Source: Eledone cirrhosa (taxonomy: Eukaryota). Taken from it: DNA of 64,000 nucleotides. Shown here piece by piece: positions 36,538 through 51,806 of the stretch. Position numbers and translations under genes: made by a program. Location of the stretch: NCBI GenBank assembly GCA_964016885.1, contig OZ024740.1:47616001-47680000 (forward strand). Direction: 5' to 3'. The first letter of the stretch is position 1. Each line of letters begins with the position of its first letter. The notes under the pieces were generated by a model that saw only the letters and a list, made by a program, of their open reading frames with translations, made no database searches and was not told the origin of the DNA.

Positions 36538-36905
36538 AGGCATATGGCTTAGTGGTTAGAGCATTGGCCTTGCAATCGAAAGGTTGTGAGATCAATTCTC
36601 AGACCGGATGATGTGTTGTTTCCTTGAGCGAGACACTTTATTTCACATTGCTCCAGTTTACTCAGCTGTAGAAATGAGATGATAGGACTGGGTTCTCTAT
36701 CATTCCACTGCAAAGTGGTCGTGGTGGTGCCACAGCAAAAAAGCACCCAGCCCACACTATGAAGTGGACGTGTAGGCGCCATGGAAAAAAAGCACCCAGC
36801 ACTCACTGTAAATGAGGTTGGTGTTAGGAAGGGCATCCAACTGTAGAAATCGGGCCAGAATCAGTTGCAAGCAGGGAAAAGCGGACGTAAAATGATGATG
36901 ATGAT
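36535..36905 (+). mobile_element. tRNA-headed SINE with RTE-type tail
   Basis: ggaggcatatggcttagtggttagagc A-box head, ccttgagcgagacactt body, ggtgttaggaagggcatc...(gat)n tail. Confidence 0.75.
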
Positions 36906-36929
36906 ATATATTTGCAGAAGGTAACAGAT

Positions 36930-38500
36930 GAGATCTGTGGATGGAGCAGGGCTAGAGAGAGAAAGAGTGACTTGGTGATAGAACAATAAGGTAGATGAGA
37001 CAATTAAGGCCCAGAGGCAGGCATGAAAAAAATGGAAGAATGGGGGGAAGTAGGGTACACTACATAGAGGCCAGGAGGGAAGCAGGAGATGAAAAAGTCA
37101 AGCATGTTTTGCAGCATGATGACCAGAAACGGGAGGTGTTAAGGAAACTTGTGATATCAATGATTAGAAGTATGTCCGTGATAATAAAGGCGCACTTACC
37201 CTCATACATGCTGAAAAGAAACTAGCATGGAAAAGCCATTATGAAAAATTACTGAATGAAGAGAATGCATGGGAGAAAGAGAGCCTACCCCAAGTGGTCC
37301 CAACAAAGAGCCCAGCCGTTCAAGTCAGCAGCAGGCAATTAAGGATATAAAGATTAGGAAAGCAGCCGGTCCATGCTCAAAACATCTGGGTCGGTGGGTC
37401 ACACCTTAACCACTCGTATTGTAAACCAAGTAATACTAAAAGGTGTCATAATAAAAGACTTGCACAGCAGCATCTTTGTCAACTACTACAAGGGTAAAGG
37501 GGATGCACTAGATAGAGGAAACTATAGAGGCATGGAAGTAACAGAAAGAGTTATAGCACAGCTGATTAGGGACCGGATTAACCTAGATGAGATGCAGTTC
37601 AGATTTGTGCCATGTAAAAGTATCACAGATACCCTCTTCCTTGTGAAACAGCTAGAAGTACCTAGCTAAAAGTAAGCTGCTCTACTTAGCGTTTGTTGAT
37701 CTTGAGAAAGCTTTTGACAAAGTCTCCCTTGCCATTATCTGGTGGACTCTTAGAAAACTAGGAGTAGAAGAGTAGCTTGTGAAGGCTGTACAAGTCATGT
37801 ATAGAGGAGCAGTCAGCAAAGTTAGGATTAATAACAACTATAGTGAGGAATTTAACATGCAGGTTGGTGTCCTGTTTATTATCGTTCTGCAGGCTATAAC
37901 AGAGGAGTTTAAGACCGGCTGCCCATGGGAACTCCTGTATGCAGATGATTTGGTAAAAGCGGTAGACGGCTTCTGCTACCTAGGTAACCAAATTAGCAAC
38001 AGAGGTAAGTGTTCAAATGTACAGTAGCTAGAGTGACAATGGGATGGAAGAAGTTCTGGGAGTTACTATCATTGCTAGCTACAAAAGGCTTTTCTCTCAA
38101 AAAGAAAAGTAGAATGTACGATGCATACATATGAACAACACTGTTGCAGGGTAATGAAGATTTACGAAGATTGGAAAGAAATGAAGCTTTCATGCTTTGG
38201 TGGATGTGTAATAGTAATATACATGAACAGCAAAGCATAAACATACTGAGAGAGAAACTAGGCATAAGAGGAATCTGATGCAGTGTGCAGGAGAGGAGCT
38301 TGCGTTGGTATGGACATGTGATGCAAAGGAAGGATGAAAGGTGCAGAATGCTGAAAGTTGATGGAAGCCATGAAGTGGGAAGATGCAGGAAGAATTGAGA
38401 TGAAGTGATAAAAGATGACTTTGTTCAATTGCACCTCTCAAAGGCGATGACATAGGACCGAGATCTCGGGCGTTATGCAGTAATATAGAAGACCCGCCTT
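36930..38500 (+). mobile_element. Degenerate, internally deleted RTE-clade LINE
   Basis: YKGKGDALDRGNYRG, AFVDLEKAFD, PWELLYADDL and LRWYGHV remnants with many stops. Confidence 0.88.
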
Positions 38501-38749
38501 CCCATGAGCACAGGCTGAAGCATATATATAGTATACACCACCTTAACCTCCAACCCCACTCACTCTTCCATACACCACCTTAACCGCCACCCCCACCTCA
38601 CTCTTCCATACACCTCTCAGGAGCACAGGCTGAAGCATGCATCTAGTGTGCACCATCACCTCCCACATCATAGCACTCCCCCACACACACATGCCCAAAT
38701 ACCACCCTCCCCAATCCCCACACACCTCTCCCACCAAAGTTCCTAGCCT

Positions 38750-39003
38750 ACACTGTAAAGTGGTCATGATGGCGACACAACAAAAAGCACCCAGTCCACA
38801 CTGTAAAGTGGTCGTGTAAGTGTCACGACAAAAAACACCCAGCCTACACTGTAAATGTGGTTGGCGTGAGGAAGGGTATCCAGCTGTAGAAACCAAGCCA
38901 AAATCAGTTCTGTGTGAGCAAGACCCAGCATTTCTCACATAGGACAGCTCATCTAACCCATGCTAGCCTGGAAAAATGGACGTTATATGGTGATGATGAT
39001 GAT
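38750..39003 (+). mobile_element. RTE/SINE 3' tail
   Basis: Same tail as 12420-12685. Confidence 0.7.
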
Positions 39004-39044
39004 TATATGTATATAGTTATATCTGTATATATATATATATATTA

Positions 39045-39364
39045 TTAAGTGTAATGAATTCTTTTACAATGGAATTAGCTCGAAGAAAGAAATATTTCTG
39101 AGCCGTGTATAAACTAATATATATGATGAAACACAGATACCAACACATCTGTATTTATATTGCAAAAGAAAATTTAGCCAGAATGAAGTATACTAATTAT
39201 TATACTACAGTTTGTCCATATCGATTTAAAATAATAAATCAACAAAGACGAACTGCATTGCCAAATGGCTATGATGTTTAGACACATTTAAATTTCATTC
39301 TGGCTAAATTTTCTTTTGCAATATAAATACAGATGTGTTGGTATCTGTGTTTCATCATATATAT

Positions 39365-39373
<9 letters not shown>
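39045..39373. mobile_element. Foldback insertion in (TA)n
   Basis: Arms 39108-39190 / 39293-39373 and ~62-nt unpaired left end. Confidence 0.65.
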
Positions 39374-39411
<38 letters not shown>

Positions 39412-40608
39412 GAGTGGATAACTAAAAATGCACCAAAGTATGTATAAATATACACATTTTTTTATATGTAGGCATGTGAACATGCCAGAAAATACGAATT
39501 TGGCTATCATCAGAAGGTGTGTATATCATCTAAATAACCACAAGGAAACATGTATTTGATGGGCTTATATGCCCATTCACTCTTAGCAGTATTCTAAATG
39601 TTAACAGCATCAATTTAACCAATTCTTTAAAAGCCATGGGCACAGCCTTTTCTTTCAGACCAGACTAATAAAAAAATTTCATATCCATTTTATCTTCTTT
39701 ATCCTGAATACTCTCTTTATTCATATCTCTTAGTATTGCCTCTTCATTTTCGCTATTCAAATCTCACTACAAATTAGAATTGACATGTCTTCCATTTTTT
39801 TTCTTTTTATATACTGGAACAATTCTTTTGTTATATTTGGATATTGGTGGTCAGCTTGTCAAATCATTGATGGACGGATAGCTTGTTGAATCATTGGTAG
39901 ATAGCTACGTTGTTGAATAGATCATTGAAAGACAGCCAACATGTTGAATATTTGAAAGTGACCAAATATGCTTTAGTTATTTACAACTTGACAAGTTCTC
40001 TCTAATATTAGTGTTCTCAATAATGAAAAGTCAGTTTTAGAATTGCATGCTTGTCAACAGTTTCTTAGTTTCTGTTTACTATTTAAACATGTGACTCACA
40101 AACGTCAACATATAGATTTGAGTATGGGTTTGATTGTTGCCCTCTTGCCTTTCTTTTCGTGATGTGGCTCAAAAAGACTGAGTTCTCAATGCATTACACC
40201 CCAGCAGCTCTGCTATTGCATTAAAAAAATCTGTTATGTTGTTCAATGACTACATGTGTATCATATAGCTGTTGGTTCTTATAGGTTTGTTGCTACTGCA
40301 AAATTAGTTAAATATCCTGATATATGAATTTTTAGTCTGTGATAAATGGAATATTCTAATATATTTTCACATTTTGTATATAATCACAAGGGCTTTTATG
40401 ATTTATGATACTACTATTGCTGCCCTTCTATAACATTCTACAGCTGTCCTTATTTGTCAGCTCCTTTGTAGTCTACCTTAACTACTTCATTTCTCCTACT
40501 TGATCTACATCTGCACCAACTTAAGGGGCTGACTCACCTCTCATTATCCACATTATTTCACGCCCAATCCAACACATTTGTGTTTCTTATATATACTGAT
40601 TGGCTTAA

Positions 40609-40816
40609 CCCTTTAGCATTTACATTACTCTATATTTACTATTATATTTTCACCGTAAACACTTTATCTCACATAATATTGAATCTACGAGATTTTGATA
40701 TTATCTATTTTGAGAACAATACCCTAACACCAGCATGAGTAGCCAGTTATGGCCAGTTTAAACAGAAAGAGGTGAGATAATTCTGGCCGGATACAGCCAG
40801 TTTAAATGCTAAAGGG
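40609..40816. mobile_element. piggyBac-like MITE
   Basis: TTAA|CCCTTTAGCATTTA...TAAATGCTAAAGGG|TTAA; further copies at ~43805-44026 and ~46318-46723 (the latter interrupted by a SINE). Confidence 0.8.
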
Positions 40817-41197
40817 TTAAATCTCAGATTAAGTCTATCAACTTTATATATTTCTCAAATTCAAAATATCATAATCAGTATATCTTCTGTTTGCATCAAC
40901 CATGATACACTGTTTTACAATATCACACTTCTAGCTTAAAGTCTGGTACAAACAACAATAACAGTTCTTTGAATATTTGTTAAACCATTACAAATTTTGT
41001 AATAGTGTGTTTTGTTTTTTACTAAAAATTGTTTTTAAAAATAAAATCGTAATTGATTGCCTGTTGTTATTGTCTGAAAAATAAAATAAAATGACTTCTA
41101 ATTAATTTTCACAATATCTGAATCATTTATTGACTTAGATATTAAAAAATAGTGTATCTTCCAGCTCGCTAATAGTTCTTTTCACCATTTTAATGAT

Positions 41198-41229
<32 letters not shown>

Positions 41230-44200
41230 CATTCTGTCTATACATTGTCACCAACCCCAATGTGTGATCTATACTAGTTTTAAATGGATCATATAGATAG
41301 ATATACAGTTTCAATGTATGTTTTATAATACCATCTCCTTCCTATACTCAACTTCAAACTGAATCACTTGTGATTTTTTTCAAGCAAATATGACTAACAT
41401 GGTATAATATACCATGACTTATGAAATTAATTATTTTCTTACATTCTAAATATAATTGTATTTCAGGCTGACCAACAATGATTTATGTTAAGTGTACTAA
41501 AAAATGTCAGCAGTATGAACATCAATGTCATGAACAATGATAGTGTTATCTTGACGTAGTATGGAGGGTGGGAAGTCATTCTAATTAGTTTTATTGTGTA
41601 TGTTTTCCGTGTATTGTTATTGTATAACAATTGGTTGTGGTTAAGCAAACCTTGAATCAAAGACTGTCTCGCCTTGACCATTCTGTCTTTTTCTTTCCTT
41701 AGGTTATACCTTAGGTGTACTCTTGACTACCATTATCCAGTGTGTCCTTTTGTGTGTATTGTGAGAGAGATTAGACTGTTGTTTGTAGCAGGTTAAGCAA
41801 CCTGCTTATATTCTTATATTCTCCCTAGATTGTGTATGACTGTGAAACATAAACTATGAATGTAAAAGACTAACAATGTCTTGCAGAAAATTATGAAGGA
41901 AAGTGTGTTAATCAATGTTCAAGAGAAACTTGAGTAATGGGCCAAAAGGAAATAGAATGAGACCATAATAAGATATTTGAGAAGCTATTCAGTATTTTCA
42001 AGAAAGTTGTCTATATTGATATGTACATATGAGAATATCAACAAATAGAAAAAAAATATAAGTAGATTTAGGTTATTAAATTTGATCTGATAGTGAGCAA
42101 ACAGAAGGTAGAATGAAAGGTGATTGGAATTATTATGGGATTCTCAATGCTATATGAAAAATCTTTAGCACTTGTAAATTAGGGATGGGATTTCAAAAAG
42201 TAACTTAACCTGTTACATAAACAAACATGAGGTTTTATTTAGTCAGCCTACCCAATATCACTTACAGACTATTATTCATTTGCCTTTCATCCTTACGGGG
42301 TCGATAAAATAAAGTACCAGTAATACACTGGGTAATTGCTGGCCTTGTGCCAAAAGTAGAAACAATTATTCATTGATGTCTCTAATATTGTGTCAATAGG
42401 TATAGGTGAGCTGTAGCCCTAAATTACTGCATATGTTTGTATATAAGATGAGAAATATGTGACAAAAAAATTTATAGTAAAATGGGGGTTAGCTTATATT
42501 CAAGTTCAATATTTGGCTGATTTACATCAACTTCAAATTCTACATAAATAAGGTGCTAAAATATCTAGAGTGATTGTTTTACAATGAAACACTGTTTTTC
42601 TACTTTTAATACATCCTCATTTCACTCCCTTGAAAATATTTCCAACTAACTTTTCAACTTTTTAATATATAAATATCCCAAATATACATACAAGTGCCAA
42701 CTATTTTTCTCTGACTTAATACTTTTTCTTTCAACATTACATAAAATTGAAATCTTACTTCTGACTTCTATTTTATTGCTCTCACTCTGCCTCTCCTCTC
42801 TCTTGCTGTCTCTCTTTCTCTCTTCTACTCTACAAATCCCTATACAAAGTTCTCTTATTCAATCTCTTGCTTTCAAAGTACTCTCAGCATGTGAGTATCC
42901 AGAACAAAAATTTGATAAATCCATTGAAAGTATCAAACAGATGAAATGGTAAAAAATCATTTTGCAATGGAGGTGTGAAACAAAAGCCATATTCTAAATG
43001 ACACTTAAAGCATTTTAAGCATCAAAATATTAAAACTTTGATATATTTTATACTCATGAGAATTTCAAAAACACACCATCTAAACATAATGTGTTGATTA
43101 GCTGCTTCGGCTTATGAACAGGGTTTGGATTTTTGCCCATTTCTCAGTTATAAAATAGGGAGTTAGCTTATATTTCAATCAGCTTACATTTGAGTATATA
43201 TGGTAACTGCAATTTAGTCAGATTATACATGATGATTTGTCTGTATTTATAAGATCTGTTATAGCTATAACCTAAAGTTTTCTGGTTTATCTTTTATTTA
43301 TTGGACAAAAAATAATAAATATCTGCACCAACAAAACTAGAAATATTTTATTTAAAGAACAATTCTTAAATACCATTCCTCTTAAAAACTCTATCCACCC
43401 ACCAGCAGAAAGTAAAGACAAAACCCAACCCCAATATGTATATATTTTGCTGCAAAAACCTAGCTTAGAAATTACTAAGAATCTACTGCCAATGTAACAT
43501 CAGAACAACATTCAAAAGAAACATTATTAACTGTAGCAAAAACTGTAAAGGAATTGAATAAATAAAAAAAATTGCATATATATTACCCTATGTATTTGTA
43601 GAAAACATTAGTGCAAAACTGTATAACCTCTATAGGTGAGAATGGAAGTACATTGGAAAGTTCTGATTGTAGAAGAAATATCAAAGTCTAGAATTACAGA
43701 ACAACAGAGTAACAGTTTCCATTATAGAAATAAAGAGGAAAATTAGAAAAACCCAAGAAGCTCTATATATAGTGTTAACTGAATTGCTTAACTCGATAAG
43801 TTTAGCCCCTTAGCATTCAAACTGGCTGTATCTGGCCAGAATTCTCTCACCTCTTTCTGTTCAAACTAGCCATAACTGGCTGCTCATACTGACATTAAGG
43901 TATTGTTCTCAAAATAAATAACATCTAAATCTCGTAGATTCAATATTATGTGAGATAATTATGTAAGATAAAGTCTTTACCACAAAAATACAATAGTATA
44001 TATAGAGTAATGTAAATGCTAAAGGGTTAAAAGAAAACTTCAACACAGTAGTTAGAACAAACTTTAATATTTCAAGTCACTGACTTAATAGTTAAAAGCA
44101 TTTAAAATTTACAGATATAAATAAAGGTTTTAGAGTTTAAACCCAGCCATGAGGATATGTATAGATATAGTATAAATGAAAATGATCAGAGAGCAAACTA

Positions 44201-47200
44201 ATAAAAATGTAATACACAAAAGAAAAAGTTAATTAATCTGGAAACTTATATTGCCATTGTATGTAATATTTATACTTCATTCCTTGATCGATTTCATTGT
44301 TTACAATTTATTTTATTGAACTTTGTCTACTTGATGTAAAACTTCAGTTCTCAAATAATCTTCTTGAATGATTTTTATTTAACGGTTAAAAGACAAAGGT
44401 ATTTTCTATCAATAACCAATAGACTTTCTCCCTGTAAAATATTCATTATATATAATCATAATTATCAAACTTAAAACTATTTTTGAATGAAAGCATGACA
44501 CTTCCTATATACCAAACAAGACTATAGTACAATTACAGTTATAATTAGAATTCAAATGGAATTTTTAAAAATATTTTTCAGACTATTCATCTTCTACAAC
44601 CCCCCCCCCCCCCCACCCCCTGCTCATATTCTAAATATATAACTGATTTACTTCCTTAGTGACACTGTACTTGTTTCCAGTTTAATAAATTATGGTTTAC
44701 TACCATTAGCAAAACCTTTTGAAGCTCCTAACAGATTACACCCTGGAGTTAATTACATTTGTCTAAAGTTTCACCTCTTCCTATATCACATTTCCCTAAT
44801 TCTCTGTTTACTTTTCCTTAATCACTATTAATTTCATGACTTCCTGTCTTTTACAATTGACACAGCTGGTCCATATAATTCACATATAAAGTTCAATCTA
44901 TTGTTAATGTTAACTGATTTGAATATAGTTATAATTAACAATAGTAAAACATAGCTAGACAAACTATTCCTTCATCCTTTCCTATTCTCTATTAAATGAC
45001 ATGTGCCACAAATGTTATACTTTCTATTCCTCACAGCAATTGAACTTATTTTGACATTTCATGAACTCTCCTTTTAAAAGGTATTGTATTAAGAAAGATA
45101 AGCTACATCATACCTCTACTTCTACTGAATAAATTCTTGCTTAATGGATTCCCTATATTGGTCTCAAACAAACCATCTTGCAATTCTTGCATATATTACC
45201 AAACACTACCAACCATGGAATGTTGTTTTCATATATGTAAAAGAAGGCTGGCTATCTAATAAATGATCCTTTACTGGAAATCTTCAATCCTTGGTTAATC
45301 TCTCCTTTCTACGTCTTTGATAATGAATTTTACTTTTCAGATATTTGTGACAACCCACCACCTTTACTCAAACCTACTAGCTGTATTCATCTTTTGTTTT
45401 TCTGTGTTTTTTTACTACTTAATTAAGCAATGCTTCTCTTCCCAATACTCACACCAAACATAACATAGTCTTTTCTATATAACACCATTGTCCTCTGGAG
45501 ATACCTCCTTCCTTCCTTATAAGTTACCATAATTATATACTAACCTAATTGTCAAAATTCCATGTTAACTACACCAGTTTCTCTCATCTTTTTCTTCATT
45601 TATTATTAGAGGACACTCCTTACAGAGACTATGGCAGGCCAATGCTCTTTTGTCATTAACATCCTGATAAAATGATAATGGTCTCAATATTTATCTATGT
45701 CACTGTAAACTTGTTTTTTCAAATTAATCTTTGTTTGGTGTACATGTTAAATAGTTTCATGGAAATATTCTCATTCTGAGTTCAAAAATAATTCCGAGGC
45801 TCACCAGGATATGATTCTTACTCTGTATGTGAAAGTCTACCAGTCACATAGAAGTGAATATCTATTACTTCTCTTCTTATACATTATTCTCTTTTTATAC
45901 GTTATTGTTCTTGTCTAGCCCCAACTCAACTTTAATAAAGCAAACATAACCAAAAGCACTCCAGCCATAACAACCCATTTTTTTCTTTTAAGAGTGTGTA
46001 GGATGACATTATCTAATCTCTTTTTCTAGCTAAAGATAATGGATTGTTATTTGGGTAGATTTAGCTGTTATTTCTTTCAGATCAAGCAGCAATCATATAT
46101 AGGTTCCCTTGTTGGCTTATACTCTTTTAATTCATGTTGCCTAGATATCAGACAAAATTCAACCTAAACTCATAATAAGGATTTGAAATTTGTGATCAAA
46201 CTAGAATGGACCATAATATTATGTAAGGAAAACGATATAGTATTACAAATTTATAATATCCCTCCCTAGGCTGTTAATACAATACTGTCATTGTGAAGAA
46301 TTATTTACATATTGTTTTAAGCATTTAAACTGGCCATATCCGGCCAGAATTCACCCACCTCTTCAAACTGTATTTAATCGGCCTCTCATACTAACATTAA
46401 GGTATTGTTCTCAAACTATATGAATAACATCAAGATCTGATAAATTCGATATTATATGAGATAAAATACAATAGTATATATAATTGTTTCTACTTTTGGC
46501 ACAAGGCCAGCAATTATCCCAGTGCATAACTGGTACTTTATTTTATCGACCCCATAAGGATGAAAGGGAAAGTTAACCTTGGCGGGATTTGAACTCAGAT
46601 AATAAAGGGCCGTAACTCTATGCTGCAAAGCATGACATCCGACCTTCTACTGATACTGCCAATCTACCGTTATAGCATTTACATTATATATACAATAGTA
46701 TATATAATGTAAATGCTAAAGGGTTAATTATATATTTAATTCCTTATCTTGTCTGATGTACACTCAGAACATTAATCATTAATGCTACTGTCACACTCTG
46801 TATTCTAGCTTTAAAAACATTAATAAATTATTCATTTCACATCAAGGTGTAATAAATATTCAAACATCAATCTCCATATTTCTGCTTAGTCTACTATAAT
46901 TAAAAATAATCATCAATGGAAGACAACACTTCAAAGATGGGGAAAATTTAAATTGTGAGATTCACAAAATGGAATGAAATGGCTCAACTAGAAACTAAAA
47001 CAAATTCATTGATTCACTTAGCTAGGTGTTTACTTCTACACACTGGTCATCATATTTTATTAGTAGAAATGCTTAGCATTTTCTGTAATAATACTTATGA
47101 CCACTACAGCCATCACATCATCATTTTAATGTTTGTCATTTGATATTTGCATGTGTTAAACACGACTACAACACAGCATACATCTCTGTTGGTTTTAAAC

Positions 47201-47679
47201 CAGTCTTTATAGTTCAATCTTCTCAAAATGAACAGCTAAAACAAATAACACTAGCTCTACACTATATTATAGAATGCATTTGTATTCCTGACCATTCTAA
47301 AGATGGTATTCCAGGATAGGAATAGCTGCAATGGATAAAACTAACTAGTAAGTTGAAGAATGTTCGTAATCATTTGAGTTAATTCAAACTGATGCTCTGA
47401 AAACCCATCCAAACCTTGTCAGCAGGGAAATGGATGTTAAATAATTGTTTCTACTTTAGGCACAAGGCCAGCAATTACCCAGTGCATTACTGGTACTTTA
47501 TTTTATCGACCCCGTAAGGATGAAGGGCAAAGTCAGCCTCGGCAGGATTTGAACTCAGATCGTAAAGGGACGTAACTATGCTGGAAAGCATGGCGTCCGA
47601 CCCTCTACTGATACTGCCAATCCACCGCCGGATGTTAAATAATGGTGATGATGATATACATATGTGTATATATATATAT

Positions 47680-48345
47680 CATCATCATCATCATCATCGT
47701 TTAACGTTCACTTGTCACACTAGCATGGGTTAGACAGGCTGTCCCATTAGAGGCAAATTGGGTCAGGTGACCGTGTCTTGCTCATATAGGACTGTTTCTG
47801 GTTAGATTACTACATCTAGATGCCTTTCCTAATGCCAACCACATTTACAGTGTGGGCTGGGGCTTTTTGTAATACTAACATAACTTTACAGTGTAAGGGT
47901 GGTGGGGACAGAAGTGGAAGGGTGGGTGTAGAGGCATGGGGGTGTATGGAAGGGGGTATAGTGGTTAAGAATTGCCTACTATATGAATGCTTGAGTCTGT
48001 GCGTATGGGGTGGTGGATCTTCTGTATTACTGCATAATGCCAAAGATCTCAATCCTGTGTCATTTTTGAGAAGTACAATTGTGCAAGGTCAGCTTTTATC
48101 ACCTTGTCCCAGGTCTTTCGACACCATAGCTTCTCAATTTTGATAGCCCTGCACATTTTTATACAGTGGTCATCCTTCATACACATCACATGACCATACA
48201 AATGCAATCTCCTCTCTAGTTTATTGCATCTGATTCTTCTTATGCCTAATTTCTCTCTCAGTTCATTTACACTTTGCCGTTCGTGTATATACTATTACAC
48301 ATCTATTGGAGCATGCATGCTTCATTTCTTTCCAATCTTCTCAGA
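47680..48345 (-). mobile_element. RTE LINE 3' fragment with tail
   Basis: Reverse complement of the 11975-12685 type. Confidence 0.75.
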
Positions 48346-48380
48346 TAATATCTATGTATATGCATATGTATATTATATAA

Positions 48381-48418
<38 letters not shown>

Positions 48419-48450
48419 ATGTATGTATATATATATGTATGTATGTATAT

Positions 48451-48520
<70 letters not shown>

Positions 48521-48526
<6 letters not shown>

Positions 48527-48755
48527 AAAAAAGATGAAATCGAAAATGCAACTGGAGTCTTTTTAAGAATATTTATTTGGTTCCTTTACCAGTTTTGCAG
48601 TTATTGTGCTTTTCAAAAGTAGAATTGAGATGAAGGGTTTGTGGTTTTTCTCGCAATTGCATTTTCGATTTCATCTTATTTCCTTATACTTTCACTTATG
48701 TAGGACATCGCGTTTTTTTTTCATTTTGTAAAAAAAAAGAAACCTCATTTTCTAA
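48521..48755 (+). mobile_element. Short copy of the 12868-14373 PLE family
   Basis: Same gatgaaatcgaaaatgcaactggagtc arm and same tail; decayed hammerhead. Confidence 0.75.
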
Positions 48756-49407
48756 TATATATATATATATCCGTGTCTTGCTCATGTAGAACTGTTTCTG
48801 GCTAGATTTCTTCTACAGCTGGATACCCTTCCTAACACCAACCACATTTACAGTGTGTACTGGAGACTTTTTGTCATGACTTCTATACAACCACTTTACA
48901 TATATATATATATGTGTGTGTGTGTCTATGTATATATGTCTATGTATCTATATATATATATAAATATGTATCTATATATATATATGTCTATGTATCTATA
49001 TATATATATATATGTGTCTATGTATATATATATGTGTCTATGTATATATATATATATAAGAAAGTAAGTCCATAGAATCATTAGATAAAATATATACAGT
49101 ATTTCTTCTGCCAATCAGCATAATCAACCATACAAAAAATCATTTAAATGAGGCTATAAGTTTAAAATATACTTATGAAGAAATAATAGATAAATAAATG
49201 ATAGCTTTTTATCCACGATTCACAGCCACAGAAAATTTACCTAGTATTTCTGATAGCCTGTAGAAATTGACTAGACATAGCTAACCATACATAATTAGGT
49301 ACAAAATCAAAGTTAGAAGAAAAAATGTACATAAACATACCAAAATCATCAAAATATATCTCTACACCTTAATATATATGTGTCTATGTATATATATATA
49401 TGTACAC

Positions 49408-49442
<35 letters not shown>

Positions 49443-49487
49443 GTTAGGGAACAAAGAATCCATGTTGCATCATATACATATTCAATT

Positions 49488-49584
49488 ACATATTACATAT
49501 GTTTCACACAGCTGCCGATCAGCTTGAGGAACAATCGATTAATGATCGATCCTGACTCTGGAATTGGAAGCTCCTCAGATATGT
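49488..49584 (-). ncRNA. Type I hammerhead-like motif with enlarged stem II
   Basis: ACAUAU CUGAGGA [~65 nt] GAA ACAUAUGU A^AUAUGU, ~50 nt from a (TA)n junction. Confidence 0.65.
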
Positions 49585-50149
49585 GTTCACATGTAGACTC
49601 GCACCTAAGAGTAGTTGGATAGTTAGATAGTTATCCTGATTCATTAATTTAGGCTGCCACACACTCTGCTAAAGGAATGTGTTGTCGACGTATTCACCCT
49701 GTTAAACTGTATTTGGTCCAAATACAATTTAACAAGATGAATATGACTGCTAATGATCAATTTAAATTCCATGAATCATTTAAGTGTATATTTTGTTAAT
49801 ATTTATCCCCTCTGATTCCGTAATGGAAAAATATATGTAGATTCTCAAAAAGATAATTTTAATTTATAAACTTGTTTTAAGGTGTATTGTTTGAAAATTA
49901 AACCTACCTCCATCACTTCAGCTATCTGTCACTGCTTGCTGAAGCATTATCAAAAAACTACATAGCATTCCTAGCAAAAAATAATTTATAAATGCTGTTT
50001 ACTATCATGACCAGTGTTAATGAAATCCTAGCCTTATATCTGCTCTAAATTATTTAACATCAGTCAAGATTAATTTTCTGTGTCCTTGGTGAAAGCAATA
50101 CACAATCTTGATGTGTAGTTTAAACTACACGTCAGGATGATACTTTAAG

Positions 50150-50555
50150 CTCTTCATGTGATACCACAATTTTGTATAGTTTACATTGATGATATAACTT
50201 ATTTTGGTATAGTGACACAGTTCATATTGATATCAATATAGGCCATGTGATACAATATCACATGGCCTATATTGATATGAGTACCACATAGCTTATGTAA
50301 ATGTCATCATGCTATAGTGTAATATAGTTTATGTAGATATCACAGTGTCACATATATGTTAATATCAAAACATCATATAATCTATATTGGTTCATATAGT
50401 TACTCTTCATATTCATATAAAATCTATATTTTGAAAGAAGCATATATTGATATCAGAAATAAGGTCTCTATTGATTGATATAATGTCAGAGCATATATTG
50501 ACATTACTGTGTCATATAGTCTATATTGATATCATAGTATTACATAGTTTATATT
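50150..50555. repeat. Degenerate ~30-bp tandem repeat
   Basis: Recurrent tatattgatatca motif. Confidence 0.6.
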
Positions 50556-51460
50556 GGCTTAGTGGTTTGAGAATTGGATTTGCAATCATGAGGTTGCTAG
50601 TTTGATTCCCGGACCAGGTGTGCATTATGTCCTTGAGCAAGGCACTGTTTCACACTCATTCTGCCAGGAGTTGTGGTATATAGTATATGGAAACCTTGTC
50701 CTTGGTCTGATTTGACAAGTTCCACCTCAATCAGTAAGTGAATGAAGTCAGGTCTTGTCAATTGATTCAATCAGTCGATTGATACCAGTGCCTCATATTC
50801 TCTATTAGTACCATAATGTCTAATAGTCTCTAATAATGCCATACTGTCTAATTGTCTCTTTTGGGTATTGCTGCCATAGTTACACGCTCTATTGGTGTCA
50901 TAGTGCCATGTTGTGTGTTCCATTGCTGCCTTATATTCAAGTTGTATCCATCCTTTTGCTTCACACCAAACCTTACATAGTCCATTCTATGAAATAACAC
51001 CATTTTCCTTTGGAGATACCTCCTTCCTTCCTTATAAGTTACCATAATGATACACTAATGTCTAATTCTACACCAGTTTCATTCATCTTTCTCTTTTTTT
51101 GATATTAGAGGGGGCACATTTGTTTAAATTCTTATAAGCGGCGCGGCTGGGAAATCGGTAATTGTACAGTGTACATTCGTAAATATGGGATTTCTTGTAA
51201 TGTTCTTTTTTTTTTGTTATATATAATGTTTTTTTTTAATGTAAAATAAAATTGTTATTAGATTCTCCAGCTGTTGTATCAATATGAATCACTTACAATA
51301 AAATTTCACTGGAGATAGATTAGCAAAATTTGATAAGTGTGGGTTTGGAAAAAATTTGAAAAATCAATAAGTGGTGGGTGGACAATTATTCAAGACCTAA
51401 GAGTATGTGGGAACGTTAGCAAGGCATTCCGATAAGACCCCTCATTGTGGGATCCTACCC

Positions 51461-51806
51461 GAATGCTAACACGTGGACATGCCTACAAAATCAGAAAACA
51501 GCACAGCTCCCATGACTTTCGTAAACATTTTTTCACGCTCAGAGTTGATGAAGCATGGAACAAACTGCCTGCGTCAGTTGTTAGCTGCCGAGACACTGCA
51601 TCCTTTAAAACCCTCATGCTTCCCGAAATTCGCCAAAACTACACCTGATGTACCCCTTCCATACACATGCACACATGTGTATATCATGACTCATGCACTG
51701 TTCATTTTCCTGACGTTTGTACATTACCCTATGTACTATACATACACTTTTTGATGAGTTGTAGTGCACCTGAGCACTGTACACAATATTTCATTATTAT
51801 TATTAT
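51461..51806 (+). mobile_element. CR1-group LINE 3' end
   Basis: TRGHAYKI...RKHFFTLRVDEAWNKLP...FK, 3' UTR, (ATT)n tail. Confidence 0.82.
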
